DNA of 64,000 nt from Endomicrobiales bacterium (lineage in GTDB: Bacteria > Elusimicrobiota > Endomicrobiia > Endomicrobiales > JALOBY01), in contig CAWCNJ010000011.1 of assembly GCA_963796955.1 (NCBI GenBank), positions 32,001 through 96,000 of the forward strand, read 5' to 3'. Below are positions 39,185 to 49,071 of the stretch, piece by piece; the stretch's first letter is position 1, and the number at the start of each line of letters is the position of its first letter. The position numbers and the translations under genes are program-made. Below the pieces are notes generated by a model that ran no database searches, had not been told where the DNA came from, and worked only from the letters and a program-made list of their open reading frames with translations.

Positions 39185-40482
39185 TTACAATTTAACAATG
39201 TTCTTAGCTTGAATACCCTTAGTGGCATTCCTGGTGTCAATAACAAGTTTAGATTTTTTAACCAATGCCGCATAATCAATGGAGGAGTGATTGGTTATTA
39301 TGACTACCGCATCGTACTTGGCTGCATTGCTCAGGTTCTTTTCCGATTTTATAACGCTTTTTTCCACCGGAAAGACGGGATGTGCGGGTCGTAATAGCGC
39401 ACATCGGCTCTGCGATCCATAAGGAGCTGGAAGATATCCAGCGCCGGTGATTCGCGCACATCGTTTACATCTTTCTTGTAAGCCATGCCGACCAGTAGTA
39501 TCTTAGCCTTTAATATTGATGTGCCGCGTGCGTTGACTTCATCAACGATAAGCTGAACCACATGTTCCGGCATGCGTGAGTTCATTTCGCCGGCCAGTTC
39601 AATAAAGCGGGAATAAAAGTTCAGTGTTTTAAGCTTCCAGGACAAATAGTGCGGGTCCAGCGGGATGCAATGGCCGCCTATGCCGGGGCCCGGGTAAAAC
39701 GGCATGAAACCGAAGGGCTTTGAGGCTGCGGCATCAATGATCTCCCACACATCCAGCTTAAGCTTGTCGCACATAAGCGCTACTTCATTGACCAGCGCTA
39801 TATTAACGGCGCGGAACGTATTTTCAAGCAGTTTAACCATTTCCGCGGCTTCGGTGCTGGAGACCCTTTTAATGATCTCCGTAATATTCGCGTAAGTCAG
39901 CTCGGCCAGGTCACCGCATTTAGCTGTTATACCGCCGACAACCTTCGGGGTATTGCTTACGGTGTGTTTAGGGTTACTGGGGTCCACACGTTCGGGGCTG
40001 AAGGCGAGAAAAAAGTCGGTGCCGCATTTAAGGCCGCCGGCGGTAAGCATGGGCATTACCAATTCGCTGGTCGTGCCGGGGTACGTAGTGGATTCCAGTA
40101 TCACCAGCTGGCCTTTACGCAGAGTTTTGGCAATGTTATCGGTAGCAGATACAATATAAGACACATCCGGATCTTTTGATTTGCGCAGCGGCGTCGGCAC
40201 ACAAACTATCACCACATCCTGCCCCTTTAGTTTTCCAAAGTCAGTGGTCGCGCTGAGCAGCTTCGCATCCACCAGCGGCGCTAATACCGAAGAAGCAACA
40301 TCGCCGATATACGACTTCTTCGCCTGGATATTTTTTACTTTGGTCGCATCAACTTCAAAACCCATAACTGCAAAGCCCGCCTTGGCGAACTCCGTAGCCA
40401 GCGGAAGCCCGACGTACCCAAGGCCTATTATGCCTATTTTTGCCTTCTTATTCTGGATCGCCTTCTTTAGCACTTCGTACAT
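39185..40482 (-). pseudogene. UDP-N-acetylhexosamine 6-dehydrogenase (WbpA/WecC-like), frameshifted near the 3' end
   Basis: GLGYVG, CVPTP, LESTTYPGTT, GGHCIP; ORF 39349-40482 and ORF 39185-39367 together align with the intact paralog 49072-50370; one base missing at about 39358-39369. Confidence 0.85.
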
Positions 40483-40512
40483 TTTGTTCCTCCCGGTTTC
40501 AAGTATATTAGT

Positions 40513-41499
40513 TCAGTCCGCGCCAAGCTTGATATTGATGCTTACATACTGTACATCGCCGGCAGTAATAAAGGAAGTATAGGCGTAATCCACGCAGATC
40601 TCCCGCGCGTAGAGAAAGAACAGATCCACGTTCTTAAGGCATATGCCGGCGCCGCCGGTAAAGTTATTTACGTTTGCACTATTAGACCGGTAACCGGCAC
40701 GCAGCAGTATGGGCCCGACCACATTGTATTCGGCACCGCAGGCATAGCGCGCATCATCGTTGATCGCTTTTATAAAGTCGGTGCTCAAGGTAAGGCGTTT
40801 ATTGAAGAAACCATAGCCCAAACCCAGCCTGCCGGTCTGGGGCACCTCTGTTTTAATATTCGGGTTATTGGTATCCTTGCTTATATTGCCGACGGAAGCG
40901 CCTACCGACAAGGGGCAGTGCGCTTCGTTCCAGAGCAAGCCGGCATCATACGACTGCCAGTTGTAGTCGGTACCGAGCACCTGTTCCTTGTACAGCTTGA
41001 GAGTGGCGCCGATCATAAATTTACCGGCGGTTTCACCGTCAAAGACCGTCGTGCCGTAGGAACCGCTCATCAGTTCACCGGTCGCCTTTGGGTCGCTGAG
41101 GAAGTTACCGTTTTCATCCCCGCGCGGGAGACTGGACTGGTCGTATGTATCATAAAACACGGCGATAGTGCCGGTATTTGCCAGATTATCGGTGCGCAGG
41201 TCGTGAAGGCTGTACACGAAACCCGCCGAATACTGATTAACTTTACCGAATAGAACGTTCTGCTGCGCGGGCACTTCTATATTATCTATCAACGCGAGCC
41301 CCGCAGGATTGTAATACAAACAGCCTGAATCGTCGCTGACAGCCGTATACGCGCCGCCCATTGCGGAAGAACGTGCATCTTTTACCAGATCGAAAATACG
41401 GACGCTGGTCGGTGTAAGATTGTTATCGGCGGCAAAAGAAGGGAAAGAACCTCCAACGCACACCATCGCGGCGATCGCCGCTAAACGAATATTGTTCAC
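40513..41499 (-). CDS. PorV/PorQ family outer-membrane beta-barrel
   Basis: Signal peptide; DARSSAMGGAYTAVSDD..LYYNPAGLA, YDAG, G.EY, LRAGY, VDYAY; GTGA overlap with the tyrosine kinase gene. Confidence 0.75.
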   Translation of the reverse strand: MNNIRLAAIAAMVCVGGSFPSFAADNNLTPTSVRIFDLVKDARSSAMGGAYTAVSDDSGCLYYNPAGLALIDNIEVPAQQNVLFGKVNQYSAGFVYSLHDLRTDNLANTGTIAVFYDTYDQSSLPRGDENGNFLSDPKATGELMSGSYGTTVFDGETAGKFMIGATLKLYKEQVLGTDYNWQSYDAGLLWNEAHCPLSVGASVGNISKDTNNPNIKTEVPQTGRLGLGYGFFNKRLTLSTDFIKAINDDARYACGAEYNVVGPILLRAGYRSNSANVNNFTGGAGICLKNVDLFFLYAREICVDYAYTSFITAGDVQYVSINIKLGAD

Positions 41500-42263
41500 A
41501 GTGTCTCTCCCTTTACAGGTATGGAATCCGAATAAATATCATCTCCGTAGTACGAATCGTACAGATATTTTGGCATGTAGTTATGAACCTTCGTTAGAAC
41601 AAAGCCGGATATAGCCACTTTACATTTGTGCAGGGTATGGTAAGCGTTTAAAATATCCGTTCTCTGGGTATGCTCCATCTGCACTATCATAAAAGACCGG
41701 TCCACATACTTGCCGATAATGCAGGAGTCGGGAAGGTTCAACACCGGCGGCGCATCGAATATGACAACATCAAAACGCTCTTTAAGCGTCGCGAGCAACG
41801 CGGAGAATTCTTTTGAGTCAAGCAGTTCTGAAGGATTGGAAACCGCATGACCGCGCGGTATAATGCTCAGGCCTTCAACAGCCGAGCTTGCAAGCACGGA
41901 ATCCACATCGATCTTGCCCTTCAAGAGTTCCGAAAGGCCCGGTGCGCGCGCGATATTGAACAGGGTGTGCACCGACCCGCGCCGCAGGTCGCAGTCCACC
42001 AACACGGTTTTCAAGGAATTATTTGCCAAAGAGATCGCCAGGTTCGAGGAAGCAAGGCTTTTACCCTCGCCTTTAAGAGTGCTGGTCATCATGACCGCTT
42101 TTTGTTTATTTTCCGACAACAGGTTGCTGACGTTAGTCCTTAAAACCCTGAACTCTTCCGAGACTTTACTGAGCGGGTCGTTGTGGGTTATTAAATACGC
42201 CGACAGTTCACCATGCGCTTTTTTTATCGGCCATGAGGGCACTATCTCAAGGAAAGAGAACAC
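41496..42263 (-). CDS. CpsD/CapB bacterial tyrosine kinase (Wzc C-terminal part)
   Basis: SEEFRVLRTN, Walker A GEGKS, LVDCDLRR, IFDAPP, C-terminal Tyr cluster YLYDSYYGDDIY. Confidence 0.92.
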   Translation of the reverse strand: MFSFLEIVPSWPIKKAHGELSAYLITHNDPLSKVSEEFRVLRTNVSNLLSENKQKAVMMTSTLKGEGKSLASSNLAISLANNSLKTVLVDCDLRRGSVHTLFNIARAPGLSELLKGKIDVDSVLASSAVEGLSIIPRGHAVSNPSELLDSKEFSALLATLKERFDVVIFDAPPVLNLPDSCIIGKYVDRSFMIVQMEHTQRTDILNAYHTLHKCKVAISGFVLTKVHNYMPKYLYDSYYGDDIYSDSIPVKGETL

Positions 42264-43656
42264 TTTTCAACGCGAGGATTTTTTCCTTCAATTTCCTTAG
42301 TTTTGATCTTTTGCGGGTGACGTTCAGTATCATATTGGAAATGGCGCCGATGACCGGCTGCGGCAGGCCTTTACCGGCATCATCGACGGTGAGAAAGGAA
42401 GTATCAAACCGGTCTACGATAAGCACCAGGCCGGCGCCTATCGCGATACCGATCATAAGACCGGCGAATACGACGACAGGTTTTTTAGGTTTTATCGGCG
42501 ACAGGGGGACCCTGGGGCTTTCTATGACCCTGAATTTTTCGTCTCTGTCGGAATCCTGCAGGTGCTGGGAAACATACGCTGATTCCATCTGTTTCAGCAG
42601 CAGCTGATAAATATCCTCGTCCACCTGCTTGTTGCGCTCCATGGTCACCAGCTCATCTTCCCGCACAGGTTTAACGGCGGTCGTGCCGTTTATCTCCAGC
42701 TCGGCTTTGCGCTTGTTCAAATACTCTATTTCCATATCGACCTGTTTAAGGTCCTGCTCAGTTTGCATATACAGCGGGTTCATCAGGGAAATACTTTCTT
42801 TTACCGTATCTCTGCTCTCTTCTTCATTGATCTTTTTTGCCAGATCGTTACTCTTTTTCTTCAGCTCCAGGATCCAGGGGTTATCTTCCTTGCCGTCCAC
42901 CATCAGGCGGGCCAGCTGGTCCTGGGTATCTGCCAGCTGCTGGCGCAGCCGCACCAGCAAGGGGCTTTGTTCCTTGGTTATCTGGGACGGCACCATCTGG
43001 GAAACTTTCTTCATCTTTGATTCCAGCAATTCTTTACGGTTGCGCGCCAGGCGCAGTTCCGTCTCAACCTTGCTGGCGGTAAAATTCCATTCAGAACCCT
43101 CAAGTTTTTGTTTATAGATCTTAAGCTGTTCCGTGAAAAAGGCTATGGCATCCTGCGCGTTCAGCTTCTTTTTTTCTTCCCTTTCATTGATAAGGTCGTC
43201 AACCATTATATTGACGGCTTTATAGGCCACCTGAGGGTCACCGTCGCGAAAACTGATCCTGAAAAGATCTTTTGAAGCATGCTCAACGATAATGCGCTTT
43301 TTCATGCCTTCTACAAGCAGGTTCAGTTTCAAGGGTGATTTTATGTCGTCCCCTAAATGCAGGTCTTGAGCAAGCTTCATCAAACGTGGATAGGAATACA
43401 ATTGTTTTGATAATATGCCGAGTTCGTCTTCCAGCGCGGGGGAGTTGGAACCATTTTCTTTTGTTGCGAGCGGGTCGTTTATCTTCTGCTTATCCAGTAG
43501 TATCATGGCGTAAGATTCATACTGCTTCGGTATCGTGTATGCCGCGATCACCGAAAGCACCAGGGACAACGCGACCGGGATGGTGAGCAGATATTTTTGC
43601 CCAACTATCCTGCCGAGGATGTACTGCCAGTTGATGTCGTTGTTCGTCGTTTCCAT
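42247..43656 (-). CDS. Polysaccharide co-polymerase (Wzz/GumC, Wzc N-terminal part)
   Basis: Two TMs flanking a coiled coil; PKQYES, FRVIESPRVPLSPIKPKK, G..IG...G.GL. Confidence 0.88.
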   Translation of the reverse strand: METTNNDINWQYILGRIVGQKYLLTIPVALSLVLSVIAAYTIPKQYESYAMILLDKQKINDPLATKENGSNSPALEDELGILSKQLYSYPRLMKLAQDLHLGDDIKSPLKLNLLVEGMKKRIIVEHASKDLFRISFRDGDPQVAYKAVNIMVDDLINEREEKKKLNAQDAIAFFTEQLKIYKQKLEGSEWNFTASKVETELRLARNRKELLESKMKKVSQMVPSQITKEQSPLLVRLRQQLADTQDQLARLMVDGKEDNPWILELKKKSNDLAKKINEEESRDTVKESISLMNPLYMQTEQDLKQVDMEIEYLNKRKAELEINGTTAVKPVREDELVTMERNKQVDEDIYQLLLKQMESAYVSQHLQDSDRDEKFRVIESPRVPLSPIKPKKPVVVFAGLMIGIAIGAGLVLIVDRFDTSFLTVDDAGKGLPQPVIGAISNMILNVTRKRSKLRKLKEKILALKSVLFP

Positions 43657-44381
43657 TAATAGGTTCCTGTTGCGATCCTGGCCGAGCCTGCCGAGGATAA
43701 CGGGCTTAATAAGGAGCTGATAAAATCACCTATCATGCCGAGAATGGTTTGCGGCACGTAGACAACATCCCCTGGTTTCACCTCTATGTTCATTTTCAAT
43801 TCGCCGTGGTTAAGTACGCGGTCCATGTTCACCACGCGTTTTTTTGGTTTCCCGCGCGATGCGGTGATAATGAAGGTACGGCTGAGCGCCGCGGTCTTGG
43901 TGGGCAGGCCGGCGTTTATCAGCACGTCGCGCACCGTAAGCCGTTTGCCGTCTGTTGCGTATTTTCCGGGCCGCGCCACTTCTCCAAAAACGTACACTAC
44001 CTCGCTGGAATATTTTGTGATGCCGATGGTTACCTGAGGATTGTTTATGTACTGGCTCAATCTATCGGTCAATACCTTCACCAATTGCCCTTTAACCAGG
44101 CCGTCCGCGGTAAATTCACCGAGTGATTGGATGGTTATCTTCCCCGCCGGGTCTATCAGATAGTCACCGCTCCATTCCGGATGATTTAGTGTAGTGATCT
44201 TTAGAATGTCGTCGGGACCGAGAATATAATCATCGGTGACCGAGCCCGCGGCATCCGCCGCCGCATCCGTCTGGGGCTTCTGCGGGATGTTCTTTGCCGG
44301 TACATGTGCGCATGCGGCAACCAGCAGAGCCACGCACATTCCCATAGCGGCTGAAACCAACAAACCTGATCGTTCTTTCAT
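43656..44381 (-). CDS. wza: Wza/OPX polysaccharide export lipoprotein
   Basis: Lipobox VAAC, YILGPDD, G.I.....G..A.G, VYVFGEVARPG, PGDVVYVP, C-terminal amphipathic helix; start at ATG 44381. Confidence 0.9.
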   Translation of the reverse strand: MKERSGLLVSAAMGMCVALLVAACAHVPAKNIPQKPQTDAAADAAGSVTDDYILGPDDILKITTLNHPEWSGDYLIDPAGKITIQSLGEFTADGLVKGQLVKVLTDRLSQYINNPQVTIGITKYSSEVVYVFGEVARPGKYATDGKRLTVRDVLINAGLPTKTAALSRTFIITASRGKPKKRVVNMDRVLNHGELKMNIEVKPGDVVYVPQTILGMIGDFISSLLSPLSSAGSARIATGTY

Positions 44382-44382
44382 G

Positions 44383-45225
44383 TTAGAGCCTGCCTTTGTT
44401 TTTGTTCTTTTGCATGGCACAACCGATATCCCTGAAGTCGCAGGCCGTTGAAACTACAAATGTATCCCTGCCGGACGCGGCTTTATTATAAACATCAACA
44501 GCCCCGTCAAGCGATGCCTCAGCCATCGCCGGTTGCCCGGTACCGGAGTAATGCACCGCTTCTATCAGATAAGACTCCATGGCTTCGACGGAATCCGGGT
44601 AAATGCTTTTTATGGTATTGAACAACTGAAGGGCGTTTTCCCACTGTCCGGCCTTTTCGAAGCTGAGACCAACGGCAAAGATCGCCTCGCTGTTAAGCTC
44701 CCGATTTTCCGGGTTGGATTTGATAAGCATGATCGATCCCTGTGCCGCCTCGTTAAGGTTACCCTGCGAAAGGCTTCTACTGACGGCCATGTACGGTTCC
44801 GCCGCCAATTCCGGATCGTCGTTGACCGCTTTTGCGGCGATCTTCGCCGGGCGCTGCGCCTTGCGCAGATTGCCCATGTATATCACCGCGTTGCGCCAGA
44901 TATCCGGCCGGTCGAACCTGCCTACAATGTTAAGCAGTTCTTCCCTGGCTCGCGCGAGATCGCCAACCTGCATATACATCTGGACCAGCGTGAACAACGC
45001 ATTTCCGGACCTTTCGCAGCCGGGATTACTGTAAGCCGCCAGCCGCAGGGCTTTTACCGTTTCACTGAACTCTGCTGCGTCGGCAGAACGCGGATCGCGG
45101 ATCGTTTTCGCATGGTCAAAATTTACCTTCCACAACGCCTTCTCAGCCGTGTATTTGTCAAGGCAGCCTGAAAAAAACAGTAACCCTGTAAGTATAGCTG
45201 ATATTTTAAGATATGTCTTGCACAT
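44383..45225 (-). CDS. TPR-repeat lipoprotein
   Basis: Lipobox FSGC after ATG 45225; helical TPR-like segments (AIFAVGLSFEKAGQWENALQLF...YPDS). Confidence 0.65.
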   Translation of the reverse strand: MCKTYLKISAILTGLLFFSGCLDKYTAEKALWKVNFDHAKTIRDPRSADAAEFSETVKALRLAAYSNPGCERSGNALFTLVQMYMQVGDLARAREELLNIVGRFDRPDIWRNAVIYMGNLRKAQRPAKIAAKAVNDDPELAAEPYMAVSRSLSQGNLNEAAQGSIMLIKSNPENRELNSEAIFAVGLSFEKAGQWENALQLFNTIKSIYPDSVEAMESYLIEAVHYSGTGQPAMAEASLDGAVDVYNKAASGRDTFVVSTACDFRDIGCAMQKNKNKGRL

Positions 45226-46081
45226 CTGTGGCTCCCGGGCCTGTCTCTGTTTTGCGGACGGCAAGAAATAATAGAGTGGCGGATGTTATAAGCAATACGT
45301 CCCGTATACCCGCCAGCAGGATGCGCGCGGCGACAACATACAACGTGGATTCAGGGCATGCAGACATCGAGAAAGCGGGTATTTTGTTGTAAAGGTAATA
45401 GACAGGTGTAAAGATGAGACCTGAAAACAGGACAATGAGGATAGCGGTAACATGGTTTTTCAAAAAAATCCTGAACGAGCGAGCGATAGAATCCGGCAGT
45501 TTTCTGTTTTCTACGACGATCGCAGGAATCGCGAAAATGAACGGGGCCTGAACCAGAAGCAGCAGAATATATTCCGCGCAAAAAACCACGTTACCGGATG
45601 CCACATAATCAGTCAAAGCGCCTGCGGCCCGTACAGCGCCGGAAGCCAGCAGTATCATTATGCCCCATACGATCGCGATCCTGAAAAATTTTCTGTACGC
45701 CTTGGTCAGGGAAAACACGAATCCGGCCGGGTTGCCGGCGTTCGTCTGATTGATCACCGATATCGCCACACCGACGAAGAGGGCGCCCAGCGTAAAATTT
45801 TCGATGTTCTTAATGTGATTGAACAATTCAGGCAGCAGCGAGTATATGGCGGGATAATGCAGGTACGGCTCGCCCCAGAGCGCAGCTATCAAAGAAGCGA
45901 GCGCGTTCAACTGCGGAACGAACGGCGCCAGCACTATCGCCGCAACGAGCACAAGGTCTATCAAAAACACCAGAATGAACGGCACAAGGATAACGGGACG
46001 GGTGTACAACGATCTTATGGTTAAGAGCATCAATCGCCAAAATCCCATCGGAACTTCTTCTTTTCGCAAAATATTCCCCAT
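45206..46081 (-). CDS. Uncharacterised polytopic membrane protein
   Basis: Several hydrophobic helices, PAIVVE...SIARSF motif; operonic overlap with TPR gene. Confidence 0.65.
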   Translation of the reverse strand: MGNILRKEEVPMGFWRLMLLTIRSLYTRPVILVPFILVFLIDLVLVAAIVLAPFVPQLNALASLIAALWGEPYLHYPAIYSLLPELFNHIKNIENFTLGALFVGVAISVINQTNAGNPAGFVFSLTKAYRKFFRIAIVWGIMILLASGAVRAAGALTDYVASGNVVFCAEYILLLLVQAPFIFAIPAIVVENRKLPDSIARSFRIFLKNHVTAILIVLFSGLIFTPVYYLYNKIPAFSMSACPESTLYVVAARILLAGIRDVLLITSATLLFLAVRKTETGPGATDVQDIS

Positions 46082-46110
46082 TAAGACGAGATGAGCAGAT
46101 GCCGGCTTTT

Positions 46111-47113
46111 CTAACGGGCCCCGCGGGCGAACAACACAGTTTTAAAGGTACTGAAAAATATTTTCATGTCCAGAAGCAGACACCGCTTCTCAAGATATAT
46201 AAGATCATATTTTACCTTCTTTTTAGTATCGTCTATGCTGGAGGCGTAACTATATCTTACCTGTGCCAGGCCCGTGAGGCCGGGTTTTACGTTGCAGCGT
46301 TTTCCGAAGGAGTTGATACTTTCATTAAGGCGCTGGACAAATTCCGGGCGTTCCGGCCGCGGCCCGATAACGCTCATGTCACCCATGAGAATGTTGTAGA
46401 ATTGCGGCAATTCATCCAGGCGGGTCTTTCTGAGAAATTTACCGAGGCGCGTTACCCGATTGTCGGAAACTGAGGCCCAGACGGCTCCCTTTGCTTCGGC
46501 GTCATTGCGCATGGTGCGGAACTTATAGATGCGAAACAACGAACCGAGCTTATTATCGTCCCTTCGGTCATCCGAACGACGCCCCTTTTCGCTGCGTCTG
46601 CAGCCGGCGATACCCCTGCGGTTAAGGCCGACCCTGATCTGGCTGTAGAGCACCGGACCCGGAGAATCAAGTTTAACGAGAATGGCGACAATCAGCATTA
46701 CCGGCATGGTCACAATAAGAGCCAGGGAAGACAAGACAATGTCCAGTACCCTTCTTAATTTGGCGTACGAGGTAACGGATATCTGGAAGAAAAGCGCGGC
46801 AAGACCGATAAGCAGCAGTATAGCTTCGGCGGAACGAAATGATTGTTTTTTTCGCGGGACGAATTTTGGCCGGAGATCGACGCTCCCCGAACCGGGTATT
46901 TATGTCTTTTTGCAGACTGGCGACCACAGGATCAGCGGCACATTTTGAACGGGCGTTAAGGTCTGCGGAATTTTCGCTGGCACAGCCGAAATAAGTATCA
47001 ACCAGTGAAAGATTGGCCGGCCGCGCATTGTCAGATGCGAAAGCGCAAATATAAAAACCGCAAAAACCGTATATCAGACCCAATAGAACCTTGCTTAAAA
47101 GCACCGGTTTCAT
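46111..47113 (-). pseudogene. Priming (undecaprenyl-phosphate) sugar transferase, apparently frameshifted
   Basis: C-part: RRVLDI, DSPGPVLY.Q.RVG, KFRTM, DELPQ, GPRPERP, KPGLTGLAQV. This frame is open from about 46899 with no start codon until inside the TM; it joins the ATG-47113 ORF (GGAGAGG RBS) if one A is removed from the A7 tract at 46846-46852. Confidence 0.75.
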
Positions 47114-47160
47114 ATTTTTCCTCTCCCCAAGCGCAACCAATTCAACAGTGTTTTGCGTGT

Positions 47161-47188
47161 ATTATATACTTTAACGGCTGAATGCCAA
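47161..47188 (-). promoter_or_regulatory. Possible promoter of the EPS export operon
   Basis: Minus strand TTGGCA-16nt-TATAAT. Confidence 0.4.
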
Positions 47189-47329
47189 TCATATCAAATG
47201 TACCGGCATATTTCCATTCTAATTTCTGGCACTGCATTAGAAACAGGTACCGGCCCAAAATTTTAAGACGGTAAATTGCATGTTTTGTAACCGTTTACAA
47301 ATTTTCTAATAACATGAATAATTAGGCTT

Positions 47330-47638
47330 TTACTGCCCATCCTGCTGATTGATCTCACCCTGGGCAGCGCTATTGGGAGGACTTATTTTTTTTCCGTATT
47401 TCCCCCGGTTTATTACCACATAGATGCTTTTGATGGACAATTTAAATTTCTTTGCCAGCTGCTTGACGGTCATCCCCTGTTTACGAAAGCATATTATCGA
47501 TCTGTTCCGTATACCAAAATACTCCCTGTCGTGGGTGCCGTTGCTGCCGTATTTCGGCACCCAGACCCTTTGGCCCCCGCATTCCATAACAAGTTTTTTG
47601 AAGTTCTTTTTGTCCAGTATTTCAGAAAGAAGTTTCAT
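47330..47638 (-). CDS. Mor/C-family (phage Mu-type) transcription activator-like protein
   Basis: KLV..CGG..VWVPK, RN..I, and C-terminal HTH GMTVKQLAKKFKLSIKSIY. Confidence 0.7.
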   Translation of the reverse strand: MKLLSEILDKKNFKKLVMECGGQRVWVPKYGSNGTHDREYFGIRNRSIICFRKQGMTVKQLAKKFKLSIKSIYVVINRGKYGKKISPPNSAAQGEINQQDGQ

Positions 47639-47902
47639 GGTTTCCCGGTCTGCCTCAATAGATAAATTCTAACTTTGTCATTATTATACTACTTTCGCGT
47701 TGTGTACTATTTATAGAATAGTTGTGAAAATAATGTGAAATGTGTTTTTATATACTACTTGATGTTGCATCAAAACATTTTGATTAATCATATTTTTTTG
47801 TAATGTACATATTTAAAGACATGACAACCAACAATTCTAACTTATGCCATAAACAATATATAGATATATTCTAATGTATGACATAGCTCTAAAAATAACA
47901 TA

Positions 47903-47936
47903 AGCCCGGAACGATATGGATCTATCGTCCCGGGCT
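47903..47936 (-). terminator. Intrinsic terminator after the PorV-like gene
   Basis: Minus strand AGCCCGGGACGATA-GATCCA-TATCGTTCCGGGCT then TATGTTATTTTT. Confidence 0.75.
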
Positions 47937-47953
47937 ATAGCCTGCTTATGCTA

Positions 47954-48898
47954 TTACTTTGAAGTTTGTTTGGGAGAACCGAACCGTACCCCAAGAGTGA
48001 GCCTCTGTATATTGTCTATATACGAGGTTTGGGTGAAGGACAGTCCGAACATATAGTTGCCGAAATTCACACTGCCGCCGTACGTCAGGGACTGTTGTGA
48101 ATCCTGCACCGAGCAATCCGCGTTCACACTTACCGCACCGTATCTGAGCGATGCCCCGGTGGTGTAGGTGCTTTTGCCGTTAACCAGGCTGTTGGCTGCG
48201 CCGGCGCCCATGGCGAGCGACATATGCTGGCCCAGACTGGTGTTATACAACACCGCCAGTGAACCGGTCTGCGGCAGGGGATCGCTCTCATCTATGAACT
48301 TTGTCGCCGTTCCGCTGTTAAGCAGTGCCGCCGACAACATAACATGCGGGCTCAGCTCCAGCATGGCGCCGATATCCGCCGCGTACGCTTTCGCTGTCTG
48401 CGCCTCCGCTATCTGGGAAGAGGCGGCTTTGATATTTATACCTCCGTATAAATTGTTGCATAGCTTCCTTCCGTAGGCGAACATCGCCATGCTGTCTTTT
48501 TCCAGAGAGACGGTCTGGGTCTGCATGGTGTTATTGTCGACCCAGTTGAGGTCCACGGAGCCGGCGTCATAATACGCCGCGCCAGCCATTACCTCGCCGC
48601 CCAACATAGGGCGGCCGTACATTATTCTGGTAAGTCTGTCATCGGCAAAGCCGGATTCTGAAGCCAATTCAAGTTCATGAAGTTTGTTAACCCCAAGATA
48701 GGCAGGGTTGTATAGAACCCCGCTCAAACTTCCGCAGGTCTTAGACTGTGAAAGCATTCCTTCGGTGTTAAGCTCCCTCACCTTTTCAAGCAGCACCCAT
48801 CCTGGATTCGCGCTGGCAAATACCGAGCCGCAAACCGCTACCGTTAAACCGAATACCACTACCGCTACCATCCAACCAGATCTTTGCTTTTTGAACAT
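47954..48898 (-). CDS. PorV/PorQ-like outer-membrane beta-barrel (paralog of 37928-39073)
   Basis: Signal peptide; GVLYNPAYLG, YYDAGSVDLNWVDN, AYAADIG, DPLP, ends LGVRF plus short tail. Confidence 0.7.
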   Translation of the reverse strand: MFKKQRSGWMVAVVVFGLTVAVCGSVFASANPGWVLLEKVRELNTEGMLSQSKTCGSLSGVLYNPAYLGVNKLHELELASESGFADDRLTRIMYGRPMLGGEVMAGAAYYDAGSVDLNWVDNNTMQTQTVSLEKDSMAMFAYGRKLCNNLYGGINIKAASSQIAEAQTAKAYAADIGAMLELSPHVMLSAALLNSGTATKFIDESDPLPQTGSLAVLYNTSLGQHMSLAMGAGAANSLVNGKSTYTTGASLRYGAVSVNADCSVQDSQQSLTYGGSVNFGNYMFGLSFTQTSYIDNIQRLTLGVRFGSPKQTSK

Positions 48899-49071
48899 TT
48901 CGACACAGCATTCAACATCTAACTCCTCGCCTCATTGTGTTGCTCCTTGCTGTAACAGAAGGTTACCGCATTTCACCCACTATTGGCAAGGGAAAGTTCA
49001 AGGGCGCACTTAAAGAAGTACTTGATAATTCTATCAGTTTTATAGTGCAAATTAAGCAAAATCGAGGTATT

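Noticed and set aside
39355..39366. Programmed -1 frameshift at AAAAAAG
   Set aside because: The zero-frame phase is G AAA AAA G, not the canonical A AAA AAG, and the paralog has no such shift
40513..44381. Barrel after wzc as the OM pore for a periplasm-only OPX protein
   Set aside because: This Wza keeps a lipobox and a C-terminal amphipathic helix, and the barrel carries PorV-type motifs; less likely though not excluded
47330..47638. Prophage remnant
   Set aside because: No integrase, transposase, structural genes or att-like repeats nearby
48898..48930. Short upstream ORF or extra frameshift at the start of the PorV-like gene (RBS before out-of-frame ATG 48918)
   Set aside because: The in-frame ATG 48898 already gives a complete signal peptide; evidence too weak
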